Positions 41,338 through 51,322 are shown, numbered from the stretch's first letter. The stretch: DNA of 64,000 nt from Alkalispirochaeta sp. (GCA_965601925.1 OZ271854.1:3232001-3296000), one strand, 5' to 3'. Notes: generated by a model not told the origin, from the letters alone. Made by a program: numbers and translations.

Positions 41338-43344
41338 CTACTCCTCCTGCAACATTCGTAGAATTTGCGCCGGCCGTATCGGAAGACGGTCGAGGTACAG
41401 TCCGCTGGCCTGCGACAGTGCGCTAACCAGAGCGGCCGGTACCGTCAGGAACGGGAGCTCTCCGATGCCGGTCGGCCCGTCCTTTCGCATCGGATTTCCG
41501 AAGATTATTTTTATGCGCGGAGGTCGACCTCGAAACGATGTGTCGTATCCCTCTGCAGCGGACGGCCGTTCATCACCGCGGGCTTCCCACGCATCGTGGA
41601 GCGTCCAGGAAAGTGCCTGGTAAATACCGCGGCGCAACTCCGCCTCGGCGCTGCCGCGATCCAGGATACGTCCGGCGTACACCGCGAGCGTAACCGACCG
41701 AATTTCGATCTCCATGCTGGAAGGAACGAGGAGCGTCTCGATCGCCGCCGCTCCTACCGAGTGGAGCGCATCGGCGGGGGAGCGCATCGCGCGACTCGTT
41801 CGAATAGTTCGCCTGACCTGAATCGGTAGCGGATCGCGAAAGCGCTGCTTCTGGATCGCCTGGCACGCCGACTGGATCGCTCGGGGGATTACCGAGACAC
41901 CGCGGGAGAACAGGCGCGGTCCGCTGTCCTGTTGTTCGGTCTCATAGCGGTTGTCGAGGACGACGGCGTCCAAGTCGATACCCAGTTCCTGGGCGACAAT
42001 CGTCCGCCACGCGGCGACCAACTTGGGCGTCGGAGTCGGAAGCGAACAGAACAGACGCGCCGTTCCGTCCTGCTCGAGACGGACCGATACGGCTCCCGAC
42101 TCCTTGTCGCCGGTCATACCCGAGATCTGGTCGGCCATCGCAAACCCGATACCCTTCAATGCACCGGAGTTGCGCGGGAGTTGAAGGCGCCGTTTGCGCA
42201 CGATCTCGTTCGCGCTGTGACGTCGGTGGAAGTCCGACTCGTCGGCGAGCCCGCTACAGAGCTCTTGGAGCACCGGCCAGTCGAGTCGTAAATGACGCTG
42301 CCGCCAGATCACCGGATCCTCCTCGGCAAGCTCGGCGAGTCTACTGTAGTGAACCTCCCGAGCAAACGATACCTGCGCCGTCCCGACCCCCTCCATGGGT
42401 CCTGCGGGAAGCGTCGGGGTCGTCTCGACTCGGGATGAGAGCTGGAGGTCCGCGAATCGATACACGGAGCGCGCCGCGGCGCGGATTCGTCGCGACGTCT
42501 CGTCGGTGAGCACCGAGTATGCACCGTCGGAGATGCGAACCGCAACGCCGTTTCCGATAAGACGCCCCTCGGCGTCGAGGCGTGATACCCACCGGACGGT
42601 GCTTGCGCCGCGCCCCCCCGTGAGATGGATCTGATCGGAGCGCATCGCCAGGGTAACCGTCGAGTCGAGCAGACGACCGGTCAGTGCCGCGATCACCGCC
42701 AGCTCGGCGGCATAATGCAACGCTGCGTCTCTCACGCCTCCGGGAGCCTCGCTCACGACGGTAACCGATCGGGCGCGAAGCGTAAGAGCCGCGGCGACGG
42801 AACTGCGAACGTGTGACGGCCATTGACACGGAAGACGAACCGTCGCGGTCCGATCGTCCGCGGTCGCCTCGGCCCACAACGGAGCGTCGGCTGCGTGGAG
42901 TTGCCTCGCCGTCTCATAACGCCCCTCGACGATCTGGTGCGCCGTCTGTGCGAACGGCGGCGTTGAGGCCGGCTCGTTAGGGAGTGGTGCTTCGTCCGGG
43001 ACGGTGGGCAACGCCGCGTTATCGCCTGCGTGCTCGTCTTGTTCCGTGCGGGACGTTTCACTCTCCGGCGCGGCAAGGGACTGCGGGATGAAGACGCTCA
43101 GGCGATCGAGATCGTGCCATCGCGCGCCGCACAGAACCGCGATAATTTGCCCTGCATACGCCGCGCGATCCGGTAGAATCGCCACCGACTCGAAGGGAGG
43201 GGCGAGCGACACGTCTCGCGGGAGGTTGCGAGGGAGCACAAGCGTGCACCCACCGGGAAGAGCGCGCGCCGCCGCCGCGTCCTCATCGACCGCGGCACCT
43301 GGGCCGGATGCGATAATCGGTCGCGCAAGGAGCCGTTCATCCAC
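41338..43344 (-). CDS. Molybdopterin-binding subunit-like protein, xanthine dehydrogenase family (divergent)
   Basis: YAGQ.IA, EG.YET..Q.H, LAE...DPV.WR and C-terminal GIGELP..PAA...A.SQA; several Moco motifs are altered. Confidence 0.75.
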   Translation of the reverse strand: MDERLLARPIIASGPGAAVDEDAAAARALPGGCTLVLPRNLPRDVSLAPPFESVAILPDRAAYAGQIIAVLCGARWHDLDRLSVFIPQSLAAPESETSRTEQDEHAGDNAALPTVPDEAPLPNEPASTPPFAQTAHQIVEGRYETARQLHAADAPLWAEATADDRTATVRLPCQWPSHVRSSVAAALTLRARSVTVVSEAPGGVRDAALHYAAELAVIAALTGRLLDSTVTLAMRSDQIHLTGGRGASTVRWVSRLDAEGRLIGNGVAVRISDGAYSVLTDETSRRIRAAARSVYRFADLQLSSRVETTPTLPAGPMEGVGTAQVSFAREVHYSRLAELAEEDPVIWRQRHLRLDWPVLQELCSGLADESDFHRRHSANEIVRKRRLQLPRNSGALKGIGFAMADQISGMTGDKESGAVSVRLEQDGTARLFCSLPTPTPKLVAAWRTIVAQELGIDLDAVVLDNRYETEQQDSGPRLFSRGVSVIPRAIQSACQAIQKQRFRDPLPIQVRRTIRTSRAMRSPADALHSVGAAAIETLLVPSSMEIEIRSVTLAVYAGRILDRGSAEAELRRGIYQALSWTLHDAWEARGDERPSAAEGYDTSFRGRPPRIKIIFGNPMRKDGPTGIGELPFLTVPAALVSALSQASGLYLDRLPIRPAQILRMLQEE

Positions 43345-44563
43345 GGTAGCGCTCCAGAAGTTCCGAGAGCGTTGCGATAACGTACTCCTGGTCGGACGAC
43401 GGGAGAGACGGATAGATCGGCAGGCTTATGATCTCGCCAAATCGTGCGTCGGTGTGGGGGAGGTTCGTGCCTTGCGCCGGATAGCGCTCGCGCCAGTACG
43501 GCATGCGGTGGAGCGGAATGTAGTGTACCGATGTGCCGACGCCCCGCTCTTGGAGCAGCTCGACCATCCGATCGCGACCGATCGTGAGCTTCTCCGTCGA
43601 AAGACGAATGACGAACAGATGCCAGGCGTGCCCCGGCACCTCTCGGGGCAGGCGCGTGAGTCCGGCGGCCTCGAAGGGGCCCAATGCGTCGCGATATCGA
43701 TGAGCGATGCGCCGCCGCGCCTCCAGCAGGTCCCGAGCGCGAGCCAACTGGACGCGTCCGATCGCCGCGGCGATATCGGTAAGATTGTACTTGAAGCCCG
43801 GCGCAACCACCTCGTAGTACCAATGGGGCGGCTCGCCGGCGGTCGCGCGGCCGGTGACGGTGAAGCGATTCCACGCATCCCGATCGATACCGTGGAGACG
43901 CATCGTACGTATGCGGTCCGCCCATTCGTCGCGGTCGGTCGTGACCATGCCCCCCTCGCCGGTGGTAATGGTCTTGTTGGCGTAAAAGGAAAAGACGCCT
44001 GCATCGCCCAGCGCCCCGGCGTACCCGGCCGGCGTATCGCTCGGAAACGCGTGCGCCGCATCCTCCACCACGACCGCTCCGTGTGCGACGGCGATCTCTC
44101 GGATCCGATCGATGCGGCACGGTTCCCCGCCGAGGTGGACCGGTATGATCGCCGCAAGTCGTTCGCCTCGGGTTCGAATATCGGCGGCGCGACGGGCGAC
44201 CGACTCCGGATCGATGAGGAGCCCCTCGGCCTCGATATCGGCGAACTCCACCTCGCCGCCGAGATAACGCACGACCTCGGCGGTAGCGGTGAAGGTCAAG
44301 CTCGGCACGATCACGCGATCTCCCGGACCGACGCCGGCAGCCTCCAGGGCGAGGTGAAGCCCGGCGGTCGCGCTGTTCACCGCCAGGGCGTGACGGACGC
44401 CGATCGTGCGGGCAAACTCGCGCTCGAAGGCCAACGCCTCCTCACCGGTCGTGAGCCACCCGCTTTTTAGGACCTCGGCGACCGCCTCGACCTCTTCATC
44501 GCCGATCGTGGGACGGGAGAAGGGAATGCGGCGCGCCGCAATGCGTTCAGTATTGCGGTTCAT
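43337..44563 (-). CDS. DegT/DnrJ/EryC1/StrS nucleotide-sugar aminotransferase
   Basis: SGWLTTG, NSATAGLH, EDAAHA, FSFYANKTITTGEGG and GFKYNLTD motifs. Confidence 0.95.
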   Translation of the reverse strand: MNRNTERIAARRIPFSRPTIGDEEVEAVAEVLKSGWLTTGEEALAFEREFARTIGVRHALAVNSATAGLHLALEAAGVGPGDRVIVPSLTFTATAEVVRYLGGEVEFADIEAEGLLIDPESVARRAADIRTRGERLAAIIPVHLGGEPCRIDRIREIAVAHGAVVVEDAAHAFPSDTPAGYAGALGDAGVFSFYANKTITTGEGGMVTTDRDEWADRIRTMRLHGIDRDAWNRFTVTGRATAGEPPHWYYEVVAPGFKYNLTDIAAAIGRVQLARARDLLEARRRIAHRYRDALGPFEAAGLTRLPREVPGHAWHLFVIRLSTEKLTIGRDRMVELLQERGVGTSVHYIPLHRMPYWRERYPAQGTNLPHTDARFGEIISLPIYPSLPSSDQEYVIATLSELLERYRG

Positions 44564-46043
44564 CGGGGTGCTCCAATAGATTCGGATAGATTCGACGGAG
44601 GATCGCTCTCAAGGCCCAACGATTACGGTACTCCGTCGGGCGATCGGAATCAAAGAAACAGATCGGACGCAGTGCGTCGAGTATCGCATCGAGGTCGAAC
44701 GCGTCGGAGGAGTCGTCGCACGGGTCGGTGCGGCCGACGCAGTGAATCCTCGGGGCCGGTTGAGACTCACTCGTCTCACCTCGGCCGAAGAGGCGCTCCT
44801 TTAGTTTCTCGCCCGGACGCATTCCGATCTCCTTGAGCGGTATCTCCGTACCCGGCTCGTACCCGTAGAATCGTATCATCTGCTCGGCGAGGGTACGGAT
44901 ATTGATCGGCTCTCCCATATCGAGGATGTACAATCGGCCCGCGTCGCCGACACCGCCGGTCTGTAACACGAGAGAGACCGCCTCGGGAATCGTCATAAAA
45001 AAACGCGTCGCCTCGGAGTCGGTGATGGTAACCGGTCCGCCCTTTTCGATCTGTCTGCGAAAAAGGGGTAAAATGCTTCCTCGCGATCCGAGAACATTTC
45101 CGAATCGCACGACCATCCCGGCCGTCGCGGAGCGCTGCGCCGCGTCCCCGTGCGACAATACGATACGCTCGGCGAGATTCTTGCTCGCGCCGTATACACT
45201 CGTCGGTTCGACCGCCTTGTCCGTGGAAATCAGCACCAGCCGACCGACTCCCGCACGTCGCGCCGCACGGATCAGATTGAGTGTGCCGAAAACGTTGTTT
45301 TGAATCGTCGCGACCGGGTTGGCCTCCATCATCGGCACGTGCTTGTACGCCGCGGTGTGAAAAATAACGTCGGCCTTGAGCCGCTTCAGGAGAAAGGCTA
45401 CATACTCCGCGTCGGTCAGCTCCCCGATGATGGGGACGATCGTCGCGGAATCGCCGACGCCCTCCTCCTGAAGGAGGCGCAACTCGGCGTCGATCTGGTA
45501 AATACTGTTCTCTCCGTGGCCGAGCAGGTACAGACGTTCGGCTCCGCCGGAGAGAAGCTGGCGTGCAAGCTCACTCCCGATGCTCCCGCCCGCGCCGGTA
45601 ATAACGACGCGGCGACCCCGAAGATAGGAGAGGGCCTCGCGCAGGTTTATGTTGACCGGCGTGCGGCCCAACAGATCCTGGGGGTCGATCTGGCGGGTTT
45701 GAATGAAGTGCGCCTCGTCGCCGACGATCTGTGAGATCGTCGGGAGAATGCGAATCCTGTTGAAGTCGGCACCTCGAAGGGTCGCATACAGACGTCTGAG
45801 GGACTCGCGCGTGGCGCTGGGAATCGCGATAATCGCTTCGTTGTCCGGCGTCTTGTCGACGATGGAAACCACTTGATCGATGGGGCCGAGGACCGGTATC
45901 CCGTCAATTCGTGACCCGATCTTCTTCGGATCGTCGTCCAAAAAAGCGACGACTCGTCCGACGACGCCCTTTTCGAGTACCTCGCGGGCGATCGCCTGCC
46001 CGGCGAATCCGGCGCCGATGACGTATATCCGCGTGCGACTCAT
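44547..46043 (-). CDS. CapD/PglF-like UDP-GlcNAc 4,6-dehydratase (soluble, no N-terminal TM domain)
   Basis: TGAGGSIGSEL, HTAAYKHVP, STDKAV, VRFGNVLGSRGS and G.RPGEKL.E motifs. Confidence 0.93.
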   Translation of the reverse strand: MSRTRIYVIGAGFAGQAIAREVLEKGVVGRVVAFLDDDPKKIGSRIDGIPVLGPIDQVVSIVDKTPDNEAIIAIPSATRESLRRLYATLRGADFNRIRILPTISQIVGDEAHFIQTRQIDPQDLLGRTPVNINLREALSYLRGRRVVITGAGGSIGSELARQLLSGGAERLYLLGHGENSIYQIDAELRLLQEEGVGDSATIVPIIGELTDAEYVAFLLKRLKADVIFHTAAYKHVPMMEANPVATIQNNVFGTLNLIRAARRAGVGRLVLISTDKAVEPTSVYGASKNLAERIVLSHGDAAQRSATAGMVVRFGNVLGSRGSILPLFRRQIEKGGPVTITDSEATRFFMTIPEAVSLVLQTGGVGDAGRLYILDMGEPINIRTLAEQMIRFYGYEPGTEIPLKEIGMRPGEKLKERLFGRGETSESQPAPRIHCVGRTDPCDDSSDAFDLDAILDALRPICFFDSDRPTEYRNRWALRAILRRIYPNLLEHPDEPQY

Positions 46044-46597
46044 GAGGCGGCGCCCGTCTCGTTTCGTCGCGGCTCCATGATTTCGAACCCCAGGTCGATG
46101 AAAAAAGAGCTCTCATACATATCGAGCCGCACCTTCGCCCGCCGTTTGCGCTTGTCTACCTTTACGATTTTTCCTTCGAGTCCTTTGAGCGGGCCCTCGC
46201 GCACGACGATGCGATTCTCAATATCGAACTCGACTCGCGACGGCTGGACGATCTCACCGAAGGAGAGAAAATGGCGTATGAGCTCCAAGTCGCCGTCCAA
46301 CAGCGGGCGAATGTCGCGGTTATCCAGCAGAAACCGCACGAATCCGCGACACCCGCGCAGCGCGCGGAACACCGCGTCGGTGATATCCTCAGCCTCCAGA
46401 AAGACGTATCCCGGAAAGAGCGGAGCCAAGGAGGAGAGGCGACGACCGCGCCTGCGGATGAGGAGCTTCCTTCGCGGCCACCATAAGCGAATCTCGGACG
46501 AACCGGTGTCCAGGCGCGTGAGCGTTTGCCGCGCAAGATCGATAAAACGAGCTTCCTCGCCGGTCATGACCTGCAATACAAAAAAACGCGATACCAT
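46040..46597 (-). CDS. loaP: NusG-paralogue antiterminator, LoaP-like
   Basis: NGN domain (VLQV.TG.E, PLFPGYVF) with an Arg-rich hairpin RRKLLIRRRGRR; KOW with GPLKGLEG.I.KVDKRKRRAKV. Confidence 0.8.
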   Translation of the reverse strand: MVSRFFVLQVMTGEEARFIDLARQTLTRLDTGSSEIRLWWPRRKLLIRRRGRRLSSLAPLFPGYVFLEAEDITDAVFRALRGCRGFVRFLLDNRDIRPLLDGDLELIRHFLSFGEIVQPSRVEFDIENRIVVREGPLKGLEGKIVKVDKRKRRAKVRLDMYESSFFIDLGFEIMEPRRNETGAAS

Positions 46598-46751
46598 GTC
46601 GTGAGCGAATACCATAGCACACGGCGGAAATGCCTCGCAATCACGGTCTACCGTCGCCGATGCGATGGATGCGCGATCACTCCGGTATTGCGTCGAAGCG
46701 CTAAGGAGAGCCGTCCATTATGCCGAAGAGTACACCAGAGGTGACGTTGAA

Positions 46752-48821
46752 ATGAGAATGCGGCAGAGTTCTCTGCTCTTAATGAGCGTGTGTGTACTCT
46801 TTGTTTCCATGCAGTCCGTTGCGCAAACCAACTGGGAAGGTACGGCCGTCGTCGGGCGGTACGGTGAGTTTCCTCCCGGAGGGCTCTACGTGGCCTCCAA
46901 CACCTTTCCCCTCAACTCGATGATCGACGTCACCAATCTGCGCACAGGCGATACCGCACGCCTCATCGTCGCCAAGGATCTTACCGATCCCGGCGTGTTT
47001 CTCCTCCTCTCCGAGGCGGCGGCCGACGAGCTCGGGATTCGCAGCGGTTCATCGGCGGTAGTACGGGCGCGTCCGGTCCAGTTGCCGGGGCTGACCGCGG
47101 TAGATCCCAATCAGGACTTGCCGTTTCATCCCGATCCCGATGTGAATCCCGCCGCGACCCTGGGAGACCCCAACGAGTCGATCATCACGCCCGACGTGCT
47201 GGAGACCACAGAGCCCGTCCACACCGCTCGTACCGATTCCACCGTCGGGACCGTCGCACAGACACCGCCGGTGACACCGAGTCCGAGCATCGAAGCGGAT
47301 GAGCCGCCCATGGTAGCGGACGAGCGACCCCTTATCGTCGACGAGTCCCGCGATCCGCCCGGGACGGCAGATAGAGCGGTCGAGCCCGCTCTCGTTCCCG
47401 ATGGTACGACCGCCGTGGAGCCCGACATGGACCGGACCCCCGCGGAGGTCGTCGCCGATCCGTCACTCGCGATGGACCCCGCGCCGCGTGTAGGGCCCTC
47501 CGTCGATGGGGCGATCTCCGGCGTCGATCCGGTAGATGAACGGGATATGGCGGAGTCGGACGAGATTATCGGCGTCGATCCGCCGATCGCCGCAACGGTC
47601 GAGGCGGAGGTCGTTGAACCTCCGACGGCGAGCACCGTACCGGACGAAGCGACACCCGAGGTTTCGATGCCGCGTACCAATCCGCAAACGCTTCCGCCCA
47701 TGGCGGTACCGCTGAGTTTGCCGACCGACCCGGTCGCCGAGACTCCTTCCGACGTCCGGGATCCCGCCGCCGCGGTAGCCGTCGTCGAACCGCCGACTGT
47801 GGACGAGATGGAGCCGGTCGAGGATTCGGCGCCCGGAGTGGTCGTTCGCGATCCCTTGGACGAGCGCCTGTCGACGATCGATCGTCAACTTGCAATGGAG
47901 CGCGTCTCCGCCGATCCGATTCAGGTGGCGCCGACCGACGACGACCTCGACGCTCCCGAGCCGATTCGTATCGCCGAAGACGACCGGCGTCTCCCGCCGG
48001 TCGACGTGAATGCCGCGCTTGATTCGGAAGTAACCGACCCATTTCCCGTCGCACCGGAGGACAACGGGACGATCGCCGAACTGCCCGCCGTGGAGGATCG
48101 CTCCATCCCGGACGTCGTATCGCCAACTCCGCCGCCTCCCGGCGTAGCTACGGCTGAGGTTGACCTTCCACTCGCGTCCGTTGCGGCCGACGAGCCGCCG
48201 GCAGTCGCCGTTGCTACCGACGAAGAGGCGGCGACTGCGGAGGCCGATGTACTCCGGCCGGCGCTGATTCCCGAGGACGCGATCGTCACCCTGGAACCGG
48301 CGGAGCACCGCAGCCCCGAGCCGCCGTCTCCGACGGCCGACGAGCTCACGCCCGACTCCGCTGCACCCTCCGCCGACGAGGTCGATGTGGCGATCGCGGC
48401 GCCCGACGTCCCGAGCGAGGATATCGTCGAGACCGCGGAACCGGTAGAGCCTCCACCGGCGGTCGTCTTGGAACCGGCGCCGGCGACAGAGCCCGTTGCG
48501 GCGGCGACCGATACCGTACGACCCGATGACACCGGAACGGCGGATCTGGCGTGGGCGCGGGCAAACCTTCCGCTCGTCGCCGATCTCGACCGGGGCGCCG
48601 CGTACGTCCAGGTCGCCGCCTTCACCAATGCGCGGAGCGTTCAACGCACCGTCGACAGCCTCGGTGAAGGGTTCCCCGTCGCCGTCGTCTCGCAAAGCGT
48701 CAACGGCGGGCCGGTTTACCGTATCTTCCTCGGGCCGCTCTCCGAAGACGAGAAGGGAACGGCGCTGTTCACGGTGCGGAATCGCGGATTTCGCGACGCC
48801 TTCATCCGACAGGAATCGTGA
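46752..48821 (+). CDS. Periplasmic SPOR-domain protein with N-terminal DPBB/RlpA-like domain and long acidic Pro-rich linker
   Basis: Signal peptide; ASN.FP.N....VTN..TG and LS..AA..LG; C-terminal YVQVAAF...YRIFLGPL...GFRDAF. Confidence 0.85.
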   Translation: MRMRQSSLLLMSVCVLFVSMQSVAQTNWEGTAVVGRYGEFPPGGLYVASNTFPLNSMIDVTNLRTGDTARLIVAKDLTDPGVFLLLSEAAADELGIRSGSSAVVRARPVQLPGLTAVDPNQDLPFHPDPDVNPAATLGDPNESIITPDVLETTEPVHTARTDSTVGTVAQTPPVTPSPSIEADEPPMVADERPLIVDESRDPPGTADRAVEPALVPDGTTAVEPDMDRTPAEVVADPSLAMDPAPRVGPSVDGAISGVDPVDERDMAESDEIIGVDPPIAATVEAEVVEPPTASTVPDEATPEVSMPRTNPQTLPPMAVPLSLPTDPVAETPSDVRDPAAAVAVVEPPTVDEMEPVEDSAPGVVVRDPLDERLSTIDRQLAMERVSADPIQVAPTDDDLDAPEPIRIAEDDRRLPPVDVNAALDSEVTDPFPVAPEDNGTIAELPAVEDRSIPDVVSPTPPPPGVATAEVDLPLASVAADEPPAVAVATDEEAATAEADVLRPALIPEDAIVTLEPAEHRSPEPPSPTADELTPDSAAPSADEVDVAIAAPDVPSEDIVETAEPVEPPPAVVLEPAPATEPVAAATDTVRPDDTGTADLAWARANLPLVADLDRGAAYVQVAAFTNARSVQRTVDSLGEGFPVAVVSQSVNGGPVYRIFLGPLSEDEKGTALFTVRNRGFRDAFIRQES

Positions 48822-48883
48822 GGGAGACTCATCTCCCTCACCGGCTTCACTTATAACGCGCGGGGCTGCCGCCGTCTGACCGG

Positions 48884-50785
48884 TTACGCGAACAACTTGG
48901 CGATCTCGCGATGATACTTCTCATACACCACCGCGCGTTTAATCTTGAGCGTCTGCGTTAACTCGTCTCCGACTTCGAAGGGTTTCGGTAGAAGGCGGAA
49001 TCGAAAGACCTGCTCAAAGCTCTTGAACCCCGTTTTGGCACCGACACGCTCTTGGATCTCACGATTGACCTGAGCGAGAAACTGCTCGTTCTCCAAGAGC
49101 TCTTCCTGCTCGACCGATTCGATCTCGCGCTCCTCCGCAAATGTCGCCATACGATCTGTATTGGGGTAAATAAGCGCGGCCAGAAACTTCTGATCCTGTC
49201 CGACTACCATCACCTGCTCGATGTATTCCGATTGGAGGATCGCATCCTCGATCGGCTGCGGCTCGATATTCTCGCCGCCGAGCAGTACGATCGTCTCCTT
49301 CGAGCGGCCGACGATGCGTAGTTCGTTGTCGTGGGTGTACATGACAAGGTCGCCGGTATTGAGCCATCCGTCCGAGAGCACCGCGGCGGTCTCGTCCGGC
49401 TTCTTGTAGTACCCTTCCATGACCTGTTCGCTCTTGACGTGTAGTTCACCCTTTTCCCCCGGGCCGACCTCGCGTCCGTCGTCGACGACCCGAAACGCTA
49501 CGTCGGGGAGGATCGGGCCGACGGTGCCCGGTACCGGAGCCTTTTGTTTACGCACCGCCAGCACGGGACCCGTCTCGGTCAAGCCGTACCCCTCCAGCAC
49601 CTTGATACCTACGGCCTGAAAGAACTTGTCCACGTAGGGCGGCAACGCGCCTCCTCCGGAGACTCCGGCGACGAAACGGCCGCCCAGCCTGGCCTGTAGT
49701 TTTTTGAATACGAGGACGTTTCCCAGTACGCGTAACGGCGTCAACAGCGCCAGAGGAACCGCCGCCACAACCGCGTCCAGTATCCGGTAGCGCCGCTGGA
49801 ACTGAGGAAGCCTCCCCATGAAGGTCGTATACAAATCGGCGTGAATCTCGCCGACGCCGAGGAAAAAGTGAAACAGCGCCTGCTTCACCGCGCTTTGCTT
49901 GGCAACGTTGCGCAAAACCGCCGCTCTGATGCCCTCCCAGATTCTCGGAACGGAAGTCATCCATGTCGGGCGTATTTGTGCCATATCGTCGAGCATTACC
50001 GTGCCGATCGGTTTGGAGTAGGCCAAGCTCGCTCCGTAGTTGAGGCAGATATACTCCACGGCCCGTTCGAAGGAGTGCCAGACCGGCAGCACCGTGATGA
50101 ATATGTCGCGAGGGGTAAGAAAGAGAATGTGTTCGATGCGGTCCATTTGAAAGAGAAACGACCGGTGGCGAAGCATGACTCCCTTCGGTTCGCCGGTCGT
50201 ACCCGACGTGTACAGGAGCGTTGCAAGGTCGTCGGTATCGCCCTCGTCTACCTCCTGGTCGAACCGCGATAGTCCCGCTTCACCCGACGCCCGTCCGGCG
50301 TCCAACAGTTCCAGGTAACTGGAGATCGCAATTCCCTTGGCCGCCGGGCGCTGGCCGCGGTCGGTGTAATCGTCGAATAGGACGATCCGCTCCAACGACG
50401 GGATCGACGCGCGCATGGAGAGGATTTTATCGCACTGCTGGGGATCCTCGGCAAAGACGGCGCGACAGTCGGCGTGTGCGAGGATATAGGCCATCTCTTC
50501 GGGCGTGGAGTCGGCGCCGCGCGGGACGTCGGCGGCCCCCATCCCGAGGATCGCCAAATCGCAGAAGATCCACTCCCGCCGATTGTGGCTCATCAGACCG
50601 ACGTGATCGCCGCGTCGGACCCCCAGCGAGGCGAGACCGGCTCCGATCAGGCGCACGGTATCCCACATCTCCGCGAACGAAGTCGGACGAAAAACGTTTT
50701 CCGCGTCCTTGGTCCAGCTGAAGGGTCGATCGGCGTGCTGCCTCGATCGCAACCGAATGCGCTTCGGCACGGTTTCGCGATTCAT
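48884..50785 (-). CDS. Long-chain fatty acid--CoA ligase (AMP-forming)
   Basis: YTSGTTGEPKGV, EGYGLTET, GWLNTGDL and GR.KE.IVL.GGENIEP motifs; TGATG overlap with fabZ. Confidence 0.93.
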   Translation of the reverse strand: MNRETVPKRIRLRSRQHADRPFSWTKDAENVFRPTSFAEMWDTVRLIGAGLASLGVRRGDHVGLMSHNRREWIFCDLAILGMGAADVPRGADSTPEEMAYILAHADCRAVFAEDPQQCDKILSMRASIPSLERIVLFDDYTDRGQRPAAKGIAISSYLELLDAGRASGEAGLSRFDQEVDEGDTDDLATLLYTSGTTGEPKGVMLRHRSFLFQMDRIEHILFLTPRDIFITVLPVWHSFERAVEYICLNYGASLAYSKPIGTVMLDDMAQIRPTWMTSVPRIWEGIRAAVLRNVAKQSAVKQALFHFFLGVGEIHADLYTTFMGRLPQFQRRYRILDAVVAAVPLALLTPLRVLGNVLVFKKLQARLGGRFVAGVSGGGALPPYVDKFFQAVGIKVLEGYGLTETGPVLAVRKQKAPVPGTVGPILPDVAFRVVDDGREVGPGEKGELHVKSEQVMEGYYKKPDETAAVLSDGWLNTGDLVMYTHDNELRIVGRSKETIVLLGGENIEPQPIEDAILQSEYIEQVMVVGQDQKFLAALIYPNTDRMATFAEEREIESVEQEELLENEQFLAQVNREIQERVGAKTGFKSFEQVFRFRLLPKPFEVGDELTQTLKIKRAVVYEKYHREIAKLFA

Positions 50786-51204
50786 CACTGCGGCGCGCTC
50801 CCCACCAGACACAGCCACTCAGCTTCGCACGCCAACTCATCACCGACGTAGGCACGTCCCCGTTGTTTAATCATCTTGGGCGTGACGCGCAAGTTGTCGA
50901 CCTCCATGCGAACCGTCTCGTCGGGACGGACCTGGCGGCGGAACTTGACGTTGTTCACCGAAGCGAGGAAAAACAAGGCGTCATCCATAATGCCGAGCTG
51001 CTTAATACCCGCTCCGCCGCATTGTGCCATGCTCTCGATCAGGATCACTCCGGGAACGACGGGATATTCGGGAAAGTGTCCGGCGAAGAAGAACTCATCC
51101 GTAGAGAAACGCCGCGTGCCGACGATCCGTTCATTCGAGGCCTCGAGAATCTCATCGACAAACAGAAACGGTTCGCGATGAGGAAGAAGCATTTTCATGT
51201 TCAT
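50785..51204 (-). CDS. fabZ: 3-hydroxyacyl-ACP dehydratase
   Basis: LLPHR.PFLFVD and FF.GHFP..PVVPGV..IE.MAQ motifs; start placed at ATG 51204. Confidence 0.93.
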   Translation of the reverse strand: MNMKMLLPHREPFLFVDEILEASNERIVGTRRFSTDEFFFAGHFPEYPVVPGVILIESMAQCGGAGIKQLGIMDDALFFLASVNNVKFRRQVRPDETVRMEVDNLRVTPKMIKQRGRAYVGDELACEAEWLCLVGSAPQ

Positions 51205-51322
51205 GGGGTTATCATAAAATGAGATGTGCCGATCATACAAGTTTTTCGGTCGGCGACCGTTTAATTGACTTTCGACTCCGGCGCGTGATAGCTTCGCTCA
51301 AGTGTAATGGGGAGAGGTTTAT

